IMG/VR virus record: IMGVR_UViG_3300027759_000087
Coordinates: 901-64,900 of that record
Source of the DNA: a virus
Lineage: Duplodnaviria > Caudoviricetes
DNA: 64,000 nucleotides
Direction: 5' to 3' (one strand)
Shown: positions 39,012 through 48,313 of the stretch, one piece after another
Numbering within the stretch: position 1 is the first letter of the stretch
How the letters are laid out: each line of letters opens with the position of its first letter
Notes under the pieces: model-generated
Seen by the model: the letters and a program-made list of their open reading frames with translations, nothing else
Databases searched by the model: none
What the model was told of the DNA's origin: nothing
Translations under genes and position numbers: made by a program

Positions 39012-41429
39012 ATGGCACAACAAATTATTAACATCGGGTCAACGGTTAATGACGGCACCGGCGATACACTACGTACTGGCGCCCAAAAAATAAATGCAAA
39101 CTTTGCAGAATTATATTTGACAACGCTTCCGTCACAAACAGGCAACAGCGGAAAGTTCTTAACAACAGATGGCACTGGCACACAGTGGCAGTTAATTACA
39201 GACACGATAACTGCGGCCGCTAGTCAACTAACAGGAACAACCTTAGCAGACAGCGTAATCAACAGTAAATTAACTAGTGTTGGTACTTTAACAACTTTAA
39301 CTGTTACTAATCCAATAGTTGGAAGTATTACTGGAAATGCCGCTACTGTAACAAGCGGTCTTTATTCTACCACAGTGTATCAAGATCCTGCATGGATAGG
39401 AAGTCTAGCTGGATCAAAAATTAACGGAGATATTTTAGGTAATTCTGGCACAGTTACTAACGGTGTTTACACAAATCAAATTTATCCTAATCCAATATGG
39501 ATATCATCGTTGTCCGCTGACAAAGTATTACCAACACCGGTAGGACAAAGCGGAAAGTTTTTAACAACTAACGGCGCGGCAGGCGGGTTTTCTTGGGGAA
39601 CAATTACAAATTTACCAGGCGGAGCCCCAAACAAAATTTTATATCAGTCTGCAATTGGTGTTACTAGTTTTGTTACAGCACCGACAAGCTCTGGCACATT
39701 TTTAAAATGGAACGGAACTGGCTTTGAATGGACTGCGGCAGGCTCAGGCATAGGAACTGTTACACGAGTAGTTGCCGAAGGTTCAGTTCAAGGTCTTACA
39801 TTGACAGGTGGTGTTGCTCAAGATGCATCAACTGGAACAATTACCTTGGGCGGTTCAATAACATTGAACAGTTCAAACATTACAACTGCATTAGGATTTA
39901 ATCCAGTTCAGCTTGGATCATTCAGTGTTGTTACAAATAGTCCAAGTGGAACTGGTACACTAGCGTTTAATACATCCAACGGTGTGTTTACATTTACTCC
40001 ACCTGCGCCTCCAGTAGGTACAGTTAGTAGTGTAAGTTTTACAGCGGCCAATGGATTCACTGGCTCTGTAGCAACAGCAACAAGTACTCCAGCAATATCA
40101 GTTGGTACTAGCATTACAGGATTGCTAAAAGGTAACGGTACAAGTATATCGGCGGCTGTGGCAGGTACTGATTATTTCTTACCATTTAGTAGCCAATCTG
40201 CTAATACAGTATATGCGGCACCTAACGCGGCGTCCGGAACTCCAAATTTCCGTGCCTTAGTAGCTGGCGATATTCCACTATTAAATCAAAATACTACAGG
40301 TTCGGCGGCTAGACTAGCAGTTGCAAGAAATATCAACGGAAATCCGTTTGATGGATCTGCAGATATTTCAGTAACTGTACCAGCATCATCGGGCATTACA
40401 GGACTTGCTGGAGGTATAGCTAGTTTCTTAACATCTGCTACAAGCGCAAGTTTATCAACAGCATTAACTGACGAAACTGGAAGTGGAGTTGTTGTGTTTA
40501 ATAATACTCCAGCTATTACTAGCCCGGACATTACTACTAGTATTACCACACCAACTACTGGAACATTTAATCTAATTAATGCTAATGCTACATCAGTTAA
40601 CTTTGCTGGCGCGGCAACTGCTATTGCAATTGGAGCAAGTTCAAGTACATTAACATTTAATGGCACTACATTAACTGCGGCCAATCTTGCAACTATCACA
40701 ATGAATGGCGCCAATCCAACCATACAAAGTACAGCTACTGGTACATTAACATTGTTTAACTCTGGAGTTACAACTATAAATTTAGGAGGCGCGGCCACCA
40801 CTGTATCAGAATATGGCCCAGTTACAGCTTATAGTTTAGGTAATACTGCAACTGCCGCTCAGAATGTAAACATGTTTACAGCCAGCACGGGCGCAAGTAC
40901 GTATAATTTTGCCACAGGTGCCACAGGTGCAGTAACAAAAGCAATTAATATTGGTACGAATGGTGGTGCAAGTTCCACAACTAATATTGCTATTGGTAGC
41001 ACATTGGGTACAAGTACAGTGACAATTAATGGCACCGCAACTATTACCTCAAATGTATCAGCTGGCGGAAATATTACGGTTACCGGCACTTCTTCTGTAA
41101 TTGGTTATGCTACTGGTTCAGGCGGCACAGTAACACAGGGTACTAACAGAAGTACAGGTGTTTCAATTGATAAAGCTTCTGGTGCCATTACATTATTCAG
41201 CACTACAACTAGTGCAGGACAAGTTACTTCTTTTACTGTAACAAACAACAGAGTAGCGGCCACAGATACTGTAATTTTAGCCCAAAAAACAGGAACAGGC
41301 GTGTATTTCTTAGGAGTTACAAATATCACAACTAACTCTTTTGTAATCAGCGTGTTTACACCAGCCGCTGTGGGTTCTGCTGAAGCACCAATAATTAACT
41401 TTACAGTGATTAAAGGCGTAACTGCTTAA
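39012..41429 (+). CDS. tail fibre with a T4 gp9/gp10-type N-terminal anchor
   Basis: QIINIGSTVNDGTGDTLRTGAQKINANFAELY N-terminus; GKFLTTDG fibre repeats. Confidence 0.8.
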   Translation: MAQQIINIGSTVNDGTGDTLRTGAQKINANFAELYLTTLPSQTGNSGKFLTTDGTGTQWQLITDTITAAASQLTGTTLADSVINSKLTSVGTLTTLTVTNPIVGSITGNAATVTSGLYSTTVYQDPAWIGSLAGSKINGDILGNSGTVTNGVYTNQIYPNPIWISSLSADKVLPTPVGQSGKFLTTNGAAGGFSWGTITNLPGGAPNKILYQSAIGVTSFVTAPTSSGTFLKWNGTGFEWTAAGSGIGTVTRVVAEGSVQGLTLTGGVAQDASTGTITLGGSITLNSSNITTALGFNPVQLGSFSVVTNSPSGTGTLAFNTSNGVFTFTPPAPPVGTVSSVSFTAANGFTGSVATATSTPAISVGTSITGLLKGNGTSISAAVAGTDYFLPFSSQSANTVYAAPNAASGTPNFRALVAGDIPLLNQNTTGSAARLAVARNINGNPFDGSADISVTVPASSGITGLAGGIASFLTSATSASLSTALTDETGSGVVVFNNTPAITSPDITTSITTPTTGTFNLINANATSVNFAGAATAIAIGASSSTLTFNGTTLTAANLATITMNGANPTIQSTATGTLTLFNSGVTTINLGGAATTVSEYGPVTAYSLGNTATAAQNVNMFTASTGASTYNFATGATGAVTKAINIGTNGGASSTTNIAIGSTLGTSTVTINGTATITSNVSAGGNITVTGTSSVIGYATGSGGTVTQGTNRSTGVSIDKASGAITLFSTTTSAGQVTSFTVTNNRVAATDTVILAQKTGTGVYFLGVTNITTNSFVISVFTPAAVGSAEAPIINFTVIKGVTA

Positions 41430-41453
41430 TAAAAATAGCATATTATGGTATAA

Positions 41454-41461
41454 GATAAATA
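41454..41461 (+). promoter_or_regulatory. late promoter GATAAATA
   Basis: Intergenic, 20 nt before ATG 41482. Confidence 0.7.
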
Positions 41462-41481
41462 TTGAATAAAGAGAGATTACT

Positions 41482-42093
41482 ATGCAAGGTAAAGATTTAA
41501 CCGGAATTCACATAGAAGGGCACATTAAGATCTTCAACCCAGAGTCGGGAGAAGTATTCATTAATAAGCGCAACGCTATTCACTATGAAAATATGAGTAT
41601 TGCGCTAGCTCAAACTATGGCTAATAGTTCAAAAGGCGGCACAGTTTATCAAATGGCATTTGGCAATGGCGGAACAGCCATAGATCCAACAGGAATTATT
41701 ACTTACCTAACCCCAAACAGTTCAGGAAGTAACGCTAGTTTATACAATCAAACTTTTGCAAAAGTAGTTGACGGGCAAAGTAGTAATAATACTGACCCTA
41801 CTAGAAATTATCTTGAAACTCGTCACGTAACTGGAACAAATTATACAGATTTATTTGTAACTTGTTTATTAGATTACGGCGAGCCTTCGGCACAGCAAGC
41901 ATTTGACAATGCAACCAACACAAATGATTCATTTGTATTTGATGAACTTGGACTAGTAAGTTATAACCCTAGTGGTACGGGCTTGTTATTGACACATGTT
42001 ATTTTTAACCCTGTACAAAAGTCATTGAATCGTTTGATCCAAATAGATTATACAGTACGTATCCAGAGCTTAACTGGTTTGGCAGGAGCATAA
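41482..42093 (+). CDS. virion structural protein (baseplate/fibre attachment type)
   Basis: MAFGNGG, FDELGL and THVIF.PVQKSLNR.IQIDYTVRI; inside the tail operon. Confidence 0.6.
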   Translation: MQGKDLTGIHIEGHIKIFNPESGEVFINKRNAIHYENMSIALAQTMANSSKGGTVYQMAFGNGGTAIDPTGIITYLTPNSSGSNASLYNQTFAKVVDGQSSNNTDPTRNYLETRHVTGTNYTDLFVTCLLDYGEPSAQQAFDNATNTNDSFVFDELGLVSYNPSGTGLLLTHVIFNPVQKSLNRLIQIDYTVRIQSLTGLAGA

Positions 42094-42096
42094 TAT

Positions 42097-44211
42097 ATGT
42101 CATATCAAGTTACATTTACAGAATCAAATAATCCGTTAAAGCCACCAATTACTGTTGAAGATTCAACAGTAAATACTCAAACTAGTATTACTTTTATTGG
42201 TAAAAATTATTCAGGTTATGGTCCGTTACTTGCAAAAAACTTTTTGCATTTATTAGAAAACTTTTCCGGACCGTCAAAACCGTCTAACCCAGTACAAGGA
42301 CAACTATGGTTTGATAATAATTCAGATGTAAGTCAACTTAAAGTTAACATTGACGGCACTGCCAATGGCTGGGTAAGTGCTGGCGGTATCAAAAAATCTC
42401 CAAGTGCTCCAGTAATCAGTTCCAGTATCCAGGGCGACTTATGGGTTGATACAGTTAATCAACAGTTAAGTTTATTCACTGGTAGTAACTGGTTACTAGT
42501 TGGCCCAACATTCAGTCAAGGTTCGCAAACTGGCCCAAAATTAGAACAGATAGTTGATATTTTAAATATCACACATACTGTTCAAAGTATATATGTAGAA
42601 AATAATCGTGTAATGATTATTAGTAATACTACGTTTACACCAAAATCAAAACAAAGCGGTTACGATAAAATTAATAAAGGTTTAAATCTTTATTCTCTGT
42701 CCACCGGCAACGAACTATTTAAATTTAGTGGCATTGCAACCCAAGCAGATAGTTTATCAGACCCGTTTAGTGGCGTATCAATCCCAACTGCATCATTTTT
42801 ACGTTCAGATCAACCAAGTACATCTAACTATAGTTTAAACATCAGAAATAGTGGAGGTATTACAGTTGGTAGCGATACTGGAGCAATTACACTATTCACA
42901 GAAAACGCAACCAATGCGGCAACGTTTTATGCAAAAAGTGGAAATAGTATTGATTTTAGATTAAATGTAAATGGCGCGGCTAAAACAGTTTTACATTTAG
43001 ATCCTAACGCTTTTGTAGGTATTAATAAAACTAATCCAACAGTAGCATTAGATGTAAATGGTAATATTGCCGCAAATAAAATTTCATTGACTAATACCGA
43101 TTCGGATAGTGTTACACTTGCTGGCGGAATAATTGTTAATGGCGATTCACAACTAACAAAATTACAAGTAAACAATAGATTACTTGTTGGCGGCGACATT
43201 CAACCGTTGTCTAACAATACTTACACAATTGGCTCAGATCCTACAATAACCGGCGGCGCACAATTTTCAAGTATATATGCGGCTAATTTTTACGGAAATT
43301 TTAACGGTACATTTAGTGCAGGAACATTAATTAACGGTAGTATTAACGGTAGTGCAACTAAATTAACAAGCCCAACTGTTTTTAATATCACAGGCGATGT
43401 TGTAAATTCATTAACAGATAATACAGCCTTTGACGGTACAAATCAAACAATAACATTTAATACAGTATTATCTAGCTTGGCAATTACTAGACAACCAGAA
43501 ATAACAATTGCACCTGATCTAGCATCCGTGTTACTTTATAGTCCAGCAACATCGGGCACTCCTGGTTTAAGGAAAATTTCAGTTGAGAATTTAACAAAGA
43601 GTTTTCCTACAGTGCCAATTGGCGCAATTTTTCCTTTTGCCGGCATGACAAATAAAATTCCAAACGGATATTTATTATGTGATGGCGCCGAAGTTAGACA
43701 GTCAATATACAGTACATTATTTGCAACACTTGGGTATAGTTATAAAGCATCAACCCAATTAGAAGGCGCAGGAACATTCTGTTTACCGGATTTACGAGGT
43801 AGAATGCCAATTGGTCGTGATAACATGAATAACGGTATTCAAGTTGCTAATCCGGCCGGAACTCCTATTTCCACTATTAGTGCTACAGCAGGCCGAGTAA
43901 CAAATGCATTTGCCCAGAACGTAGGTGGATCTGCAGGATCAGAAACTGTTATATTAGAAACTACTAATCTTCCTGAGCACACCCATACATTAAAAGGTAA
44001 TGCTGGTGGTTCATATTTTGCTGTAAGAAATATTGCTGGCCCACCAGACGATACAGATGCTATTTCAGGACCAGGCGGTCAAGCGGCCGCTCAAGCACAA
44101 TACTTGCAAACAAGTGGCGGTGTTGATTCTTTAACACACGGCGAGAAAGTTAATGTTATGAATCCTTACCTAGCAATTAATTATATTATATTCACTGGAG
44201 TTTACGCATAA
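42097..44211 (+). CDS. tail fibre with tail-collar domain
   Basis: VPIGAIFPFAG..IPNGYLLCDG...F.LPDLRGRMPIG collar; NLPEHTH; MNPYLAINYII. Confidence 0.85.
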   Translation: MSYQVTFTESNNPLKPPITVEDSTVNTQTSITFIGKNYSGYGPLLAKNFLHLLENFSGPSKPSNPVQGQLWFDNNSDVSQLKVNIDGTANGWVSAGGIKKSPSAPVISSSIQGDLWVDTVNQQLSLFTGSNWLLVGPTFSQGSQTGPKLEQIVDILNITHTVQSIYVENNRVMIISNTTFTPKSKQSGYDKINKGLNLYSLSTGNELFKFSGIATQADSLSDPFSGVSIPTASFLRSDQPSTSNYSLNIRNSGGITVGSDTGAITLFTENATNAATFYAKSGNSIDFRLNVNGAAKTVLHLDPNAFVGINKTNPTVALDVNGNIAANKISLTNTDSDSVTLAGGIIVNGDSQLTKLQVNNRLLVGGDIQPLSNNTYTIGSDPTITGGAQFSSIYAANFYGNFNGTFSAGTLINGSINGSATKLTSPTVFNITGDVVNSLTDNTAFDGTNQTITFNTVLSSLAITRQPEITIAPDLASVLLYSPATSGTPGLRKISVENLTKSFPTVPIGAIFPFAGMTNKIPNGYLLCDGAEVRQSIYSTLFATLGYSYKASTQLEGAGTFCLPDLRGRMPIGRDNMNNGIQVANPAGTPISTISATAGRVTNAFAQNVGGSAGSETVILETTNLPEHTHTLKGNAGGSYFAVRNIAGPPDDTDAISGPGGQAAAQAQYLQTSGGVDSLTHGEKVNVMNPYLAINYIIFTGVYA

Positions 44212-45320
44212 TGAGTTATACTATATTAAAAAGCAACGGCGATACACTAACTCAGATTGTCGACGGCCTAGTTGATAATAGTACAGATCTTACCCTAATT
44301 GGCAAAAATGCGGCTAGCTATGGTACATATCTTAATGAGAATTTTGTATACCTTTTAGAAAATTTTGCAAATTCAACCTCGCCAACAAACCCAATTGTTG
44401 GCCAGTTATGGTACGATACTAGTACAGGAAGATTGCAAGTATATGATGGTAACTTGTTTAGGGTATCTGGCGGCGCCATAGTTTCAGCTGATATTCCTGC
44501 ACAATTAGCTACTGGTGATTTATGGATTGATAGTAAAAATCAACAAATTTATTTTAACGACGGCATTGCAAATGTATTAGCCGGCCCTGTATACACTCAA
44601 ACTCAAGGCTTATCAGGTTTCCAAACAGGTACTTTAGCTGATATCTTCAGCATAGATCATACAGTATTGTATTTGTATTTGAAAAAAACAATTATTGGAA
44701 TTTTTAGTCTTGAAGCATTTACCCCGTTAGTTGCACCTCCAGGATTTACAACAATTGGAATTGGTTTTACTGCTAGTACTATCACTGGATTAACGTTTAA
44801 TGTACAATCTAAATCTGCATCTAGTTTAATTGCGGCAGACGGCACAAGCAAAACTGCTGAAAACTTTCTTAATACTGGCGATCAAGTATTAAAGAAAATG
44901 ACCACAACTAATCAATTAATTATTGCAAATGCAATTCCTTTACTTTTGGGTCCAGCACAAAACAGTGAAGTTTTAGTTGATGCAACAAAATTCAATTTGT
45001 CTGCAAAAACAAAAAGTCAAAATTTTGGAATTTATGTAAATCCAGACGGAACACCTACCGGAGCAATTTTTGTAAACAGTACTGCTCAACAAGTAGGAAT
45101 ATTCACAACAACGCCATCTGCAACATTGGATGTCAATGGAAATGCAAAAATTCGAGGAAATTTAACCTTAACTGGAACCTCCATAATTATTAATACTTCA
45201 GTAGTTCCAGCCAGCGCATCTGCTGAAGGACTTCCAGGGCAAATTGTGTGGGGGCCAAGCTATGTTTATGTTTGTATAGCTTTGAACACTTGGAAACGTG
45301 CGGCACTTACAACATGGTAA
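44211..45320 (+). CDS. short tail-fibre paralogue
   Basis: Shares the LIGKN..YG...NENF..LLENF...P.NP..GQLW.D N-terminal domain with both neighbours. Confidence 0.75.
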   Translation: MSYTILKSNGDTLTQIVDGLVDNSTDLTLIGKNAASYGTYLNENFVYLLENFANSTSPTNPIVGQLWYDTSTGRLQVYDGNLFRVSGGAIVSADIPAQLATGDLWIDSKNQQIYFNDGIANVLAGPVYTQTQGLSGFQTGTLADIFSIDHTVLYLYLKKTIIGIFSLEAFTPLVAPPGFTTIGIGFTASTITGLTFNVQSKSASSLIAADGTSKTAENFLNTGDQVLKKMTTTNQLIIANAIPLLLGPAQNSEVLVDATKFNLSAKTKSQNFGIYVNPDGTPTGAIFVNSTAQQVGIFTTTPSATLDVNGNAKIRGNLTLTGTSIIINTSVVPASASAEGLPGQIVWGPSYVYVCIALNTWKRAALTTW

Positions 45321-45334
45321 CAGTAGTAGATAAC

Positions 45335-45342
45335 GATAAATA
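45335..45342 (+). promoter_or_regulatory. late promoter GATAAATA
   Basis: Intergenic, 20 nt before ATG 45363. Confidence 0.7.
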
Positions 45343-45362
45343 TTAGGAACGAGGAATAACTG

Positions 45363-46835
45363 ATGTCATACACCATTAATCGATATAACGGCACTCAAGT
45401 AGGAGTAGTAGCCGACGGAACCATAGATAGTACCCTATCGCTAAAGCTAATTGGCAAAAATTATGCCGGCTACGGTGAGGTACAAAATGAAAATTTAGTT
45501 CACTTATTAGAGAATTTTAGCGGTTCAACAAGCCCAAATAATCCAATTTCTGGACAGATTTGGTTCGATAGTGCAAATAGCAAGATGAAATTTTACGATG
45601 GCAGTAAATTTCGCGTTGCCAGCGGTGCTGAAGCTAGCGCCACTGCACCAGTAGGATTAACACCTGGCGATTTTTGGTACGATACATCTAACAAGCAAAT
45701 TTATGTATGGAATGGTACAACCTTTACACTGGTTGGGCCTCAAAGTGTTGCCGGCGCAGGCACAACACAAATGCAAAGTATTAGTGTTATTGACGATGTT
45801 GGAGCAAATCATTCGGTTATCCAAGCAGTGACCAACGGACAAGTAATGTATATTATTAGTGCCGATCAATTTACACTTAACAGCGGTTTAAACCCAATCA
45901 CTGGATTTACAAAAATTGGTAAAGGAATTACACTAGTTAACAGTACTACTGGCAGTGTACTTGGAATAACCAGCACAGGCGACCAAAAATACTGGGGAAC
46001 AGCAAGTAACGCAGATTATTTAGGTGGTTATGCGGCATCGGAGTATCTAAGAGCTAGCACAACTAGTTTTGCAGACCCAATACATTTTAGTAATCAAGGT
46101 TATACAGTTGGTAATAATAGAGATTTGGTAGTTAATATTACCGGAAGTACTCCAGTTATTGCTAACGTGTTAAGCAATACAATTACATTCCAAACAACAG
46201 TATCAGGAACTACGAAAACTCCAATGTCATTAGTTGGAACTGACATAGTTCCAGGAGATACTAACATATCAAATATTGGTTCTCCAACAAAAATTTATAA
46301 TACAATTTATGCAGGATCATTTAATGGTATTGCAAGTCAATCTAATCAAATTTTAGAAACAGTTAGCGGTTTATATCGTTCAGGTAACACCGGCGCGGCC
46401 GCAAGTACAGTAGCAGTTCGTGATGCTAGTGCAGACTTATATGCTAACGTATTCCAAGGTATTGCTAGTTCAGCAGACTACGCTGACTTGGCAGAAAAAT
46501 ACCTAGCAGATGCAGAGTATCTTGTTGGAACAGTAGTATCAGTTGGCGGCGAAAAAGAAGTAACTGCTTGTACAGTGGGCGATAGAGCAATTGGTATTGT
46601 TAGTGCAAATCCAGCTTATATGATGAATAGCGGCTTAGAAGGCGGAACTTATATTGCATTGAAAGGTCGTGTGCCATGTAAAGTAATTGGCCAAGTTAAG
46701 AAAGGTCAACGCTTGGTTGCTGGTTTGAACGGAGCGGCACAAGCCGCATACGGCGCTAATTCTGATGTGTTTGCAATTGCTTTAGAAACTAGTGAAGATG
46801 CAGGCGAAAAAACTATCGAAGCATTGGTACTATAA
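45363..46835 (+). CDS. tail-fibre paralogue with a C-terminal intramolecular-chaperone/autocleavage-like domain
   Basis: Same N-terminal domain; C-terminal ADLAEKY...GIVS.NPAY.MN...IALKGRVPCKV.G...KG..LV. Confidence 0.75.
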   Translation: MSYTINRYNGTQVGVVADGTIDSTLSLKLIGKNYAGYGEVQNENLVHLLENFSGSTSPNNPISGQIWFDSANSKMKFYDGSKFRVASGAEASATAPVGLTPGDFWYDTSNKQIYVWNGTTFTLVGPQSVAGAGTTQMQSISVIDDVGANHSVIQAVTNGQVMYIISADQFTLNSGLNPITGFTKIGKGITLVNSTTGSVLGITSTGDQKYWGTASNADYLGGYAASEYLRASTTSFADPIHFSNQGYTVGNNRDLVVNITGSTPVIANVLSNTITFQTTVSGTTKTPMSLVGTDIVPGDTNISNIGSPTKIYNTIYAGSFNGIASQSNQILETVSGLYRSGNTGAAASTVAVRDASADLYANVFQGIASSADYADLAEKYLADAEYLVGTVVSVGGEKEVTACTVGDRAIGIVSANPAYMMNSGLEGGTYIALKGRVPCKVIGQVKKGQRLVAGLNGAAQAAYGANSDVFAIALETSEDAGEKTIEALVL

Positions 46836-46844
46836 GGAATTATC

Positions 46845-48260
46845 ATGCCAGGATTAGGAACAAAAATATTAGCATCGGATTTTAACACTATTCAAGCACT
46901 AGCACAAACAGTGTTAGGAGTTGGTTCGGGACAATACGGTTATGGACAAGTAGTAACAAGTACTCAGGTTCGCCGTGGCGACCCGTTTAGACTAACAGAT
47001 TGGATCAATCTAAGAAGCGATTTGTTAAAAATTGGTGCTCATCAGACTGGCGATGCTAATGAAGGAGCCGAGTTAATTATTCCTGGCAATTTAGATCCAC
47101 GAAATATTAATTCCTTTAATACTAAAACAGGTACTGGCCCGTACTTGATAACTTTTGGATTTACTGCAACACCTGGTAATATTTTACCATCGGTTGGTGC
47201 TCCTTACAAAATACAAGGATGCGCAAACGCAAATTATAATGGCGTTTATGAATCAACCTCAAGTACTGCAAGTACAATTACATTAAAATATAACAATGAC
47301 CCTGGCCAGTATAGCAGTGCTAAACCTGTTAAAATTAGCAGTGTGTTAACAGATGCAATCCGATCACAGTATTTAGGTTATGCTCAAGTTAAATATGCCA
47401 AAGCACATAATCAAACAGTCAGTATAACTGGAACTACTAATTCTAGTACTACAATGAGTAGTGCAAATGCGGCTATAATAATGTTAGGAGGAACTGTATC
47501 TGGGCCAGGTATAAATGCTAATACTACGGTTACAGCAGTTAGTCCAGGCGTAAGTATAACATTAAGCAATTCTGCTTATACAACAGTTTCTGGCGGAACA
47601 TTTGTAGTAGCATTAATTACCGGTGTTAAAACAGTAGCCGCAAATCAATTAAGTCCGAACGAACCAATTACTAGTGTAGTAAGAACAACTCAGTGGAACG
47701 GAAATATTCAAACAGTAGCCACAATTAATTTTCCAACTGTTGACTCGGCCCGCGCATTTTTTAATAGCGGAAGCCAATTTGAAATTACTCCAACGTTAAC
47801 CGGATCTTTTGGGTCAATAGGCGAGCAATTAACCAAAGATCAAACATGGCAAACAATGTTTACCCAAGTTGGAACAATTTGCTTTAGAGCTAACGACTGT
47901 ATACAAACTCCAAACGATTATAATACAAATCAAAGCCAACACTATCCAATTGGATTTTTTGGTTTAACTACCAGTGATAGATTGGTATTTGTAAAAAATG
48001 CGCCTGGCGGTTCATACGCTAGTAACGCTTTAAATGTATTTGCTCGATTAGATGCAACAGGAACAGTGTTAATAATTACTATTAGATTCCAAGATAATGC
48101 ATCATTTACAAATACTACGGTATATAATCCAGGATATGGCCCGTATGGTATAGACGAAAACGTCGACGGTATATTATCAGTCAATTTGACAGCAACTAGG
48201 GCTAGCGGAACCAATGTATCCGTAATTATTCCTCCTGCCAATTTAACACCAATTGCCTAA
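46845..48260 (+). CDS. virion structural/fibre-associated protein
   Basis: GYGQ.V.S...W..LRSD.....HQ.G and ARAFFNSG motifs shared with the next gene. Confidence 0.65.
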   Translation: MPGLGTKILASDFNTIQALAQTVLGVGSGQYGYGQVVTSTQVRRGDPFRLTDWINLRSDLLKIGAHQTGDANEGAELIIPGNLDPRNINSFNTKTGTGPYLITFGFTATPGNILPSVGAPYKIQGCANANYNGVYESTSSTASTITLKYNNDPGQYSSAKPVKISSVLTDAIRSQYLGYAQVKYAKAHNQTVSITGTTNSSTTMSSANAAIIMLGGTVSGPGINANTTVTAVSPGVSITLSNSAYTTVSGGTFVVALITGVKTVAANQLSPNEPITSVVRTTQWNGNIQTVATINFPTVDSARAFFNSGSQFEITPTLTGSFGSIGEQLTKDQTWQTMFTQVGTICFRANDCIQTPNDYNTNQSQHYPIGFFGLTTSDRLVFVKNAPGGSYASNALNVFARLDATGTVLIITIRFQDNASFTNTTVYNPGYGPYGIDENVDGILSVNLTATRASGTNVSVIIPPANLTPIA

Positions 48261-48313
48261 AAATTCTATCACTGGTTAGTAAAGTGATAATTATATAAAA
48301 GATAGGAATAAAC

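Noticed and set aside
28793-41329. Long antisense ORFs (e.g. 28793-29464, 35210-35734, 40286-40801), and similarly 58968-59585
   Set aside because: They are shadow frames of real genes caused by codon bias, with no SD, promoter or recognisable motifs.
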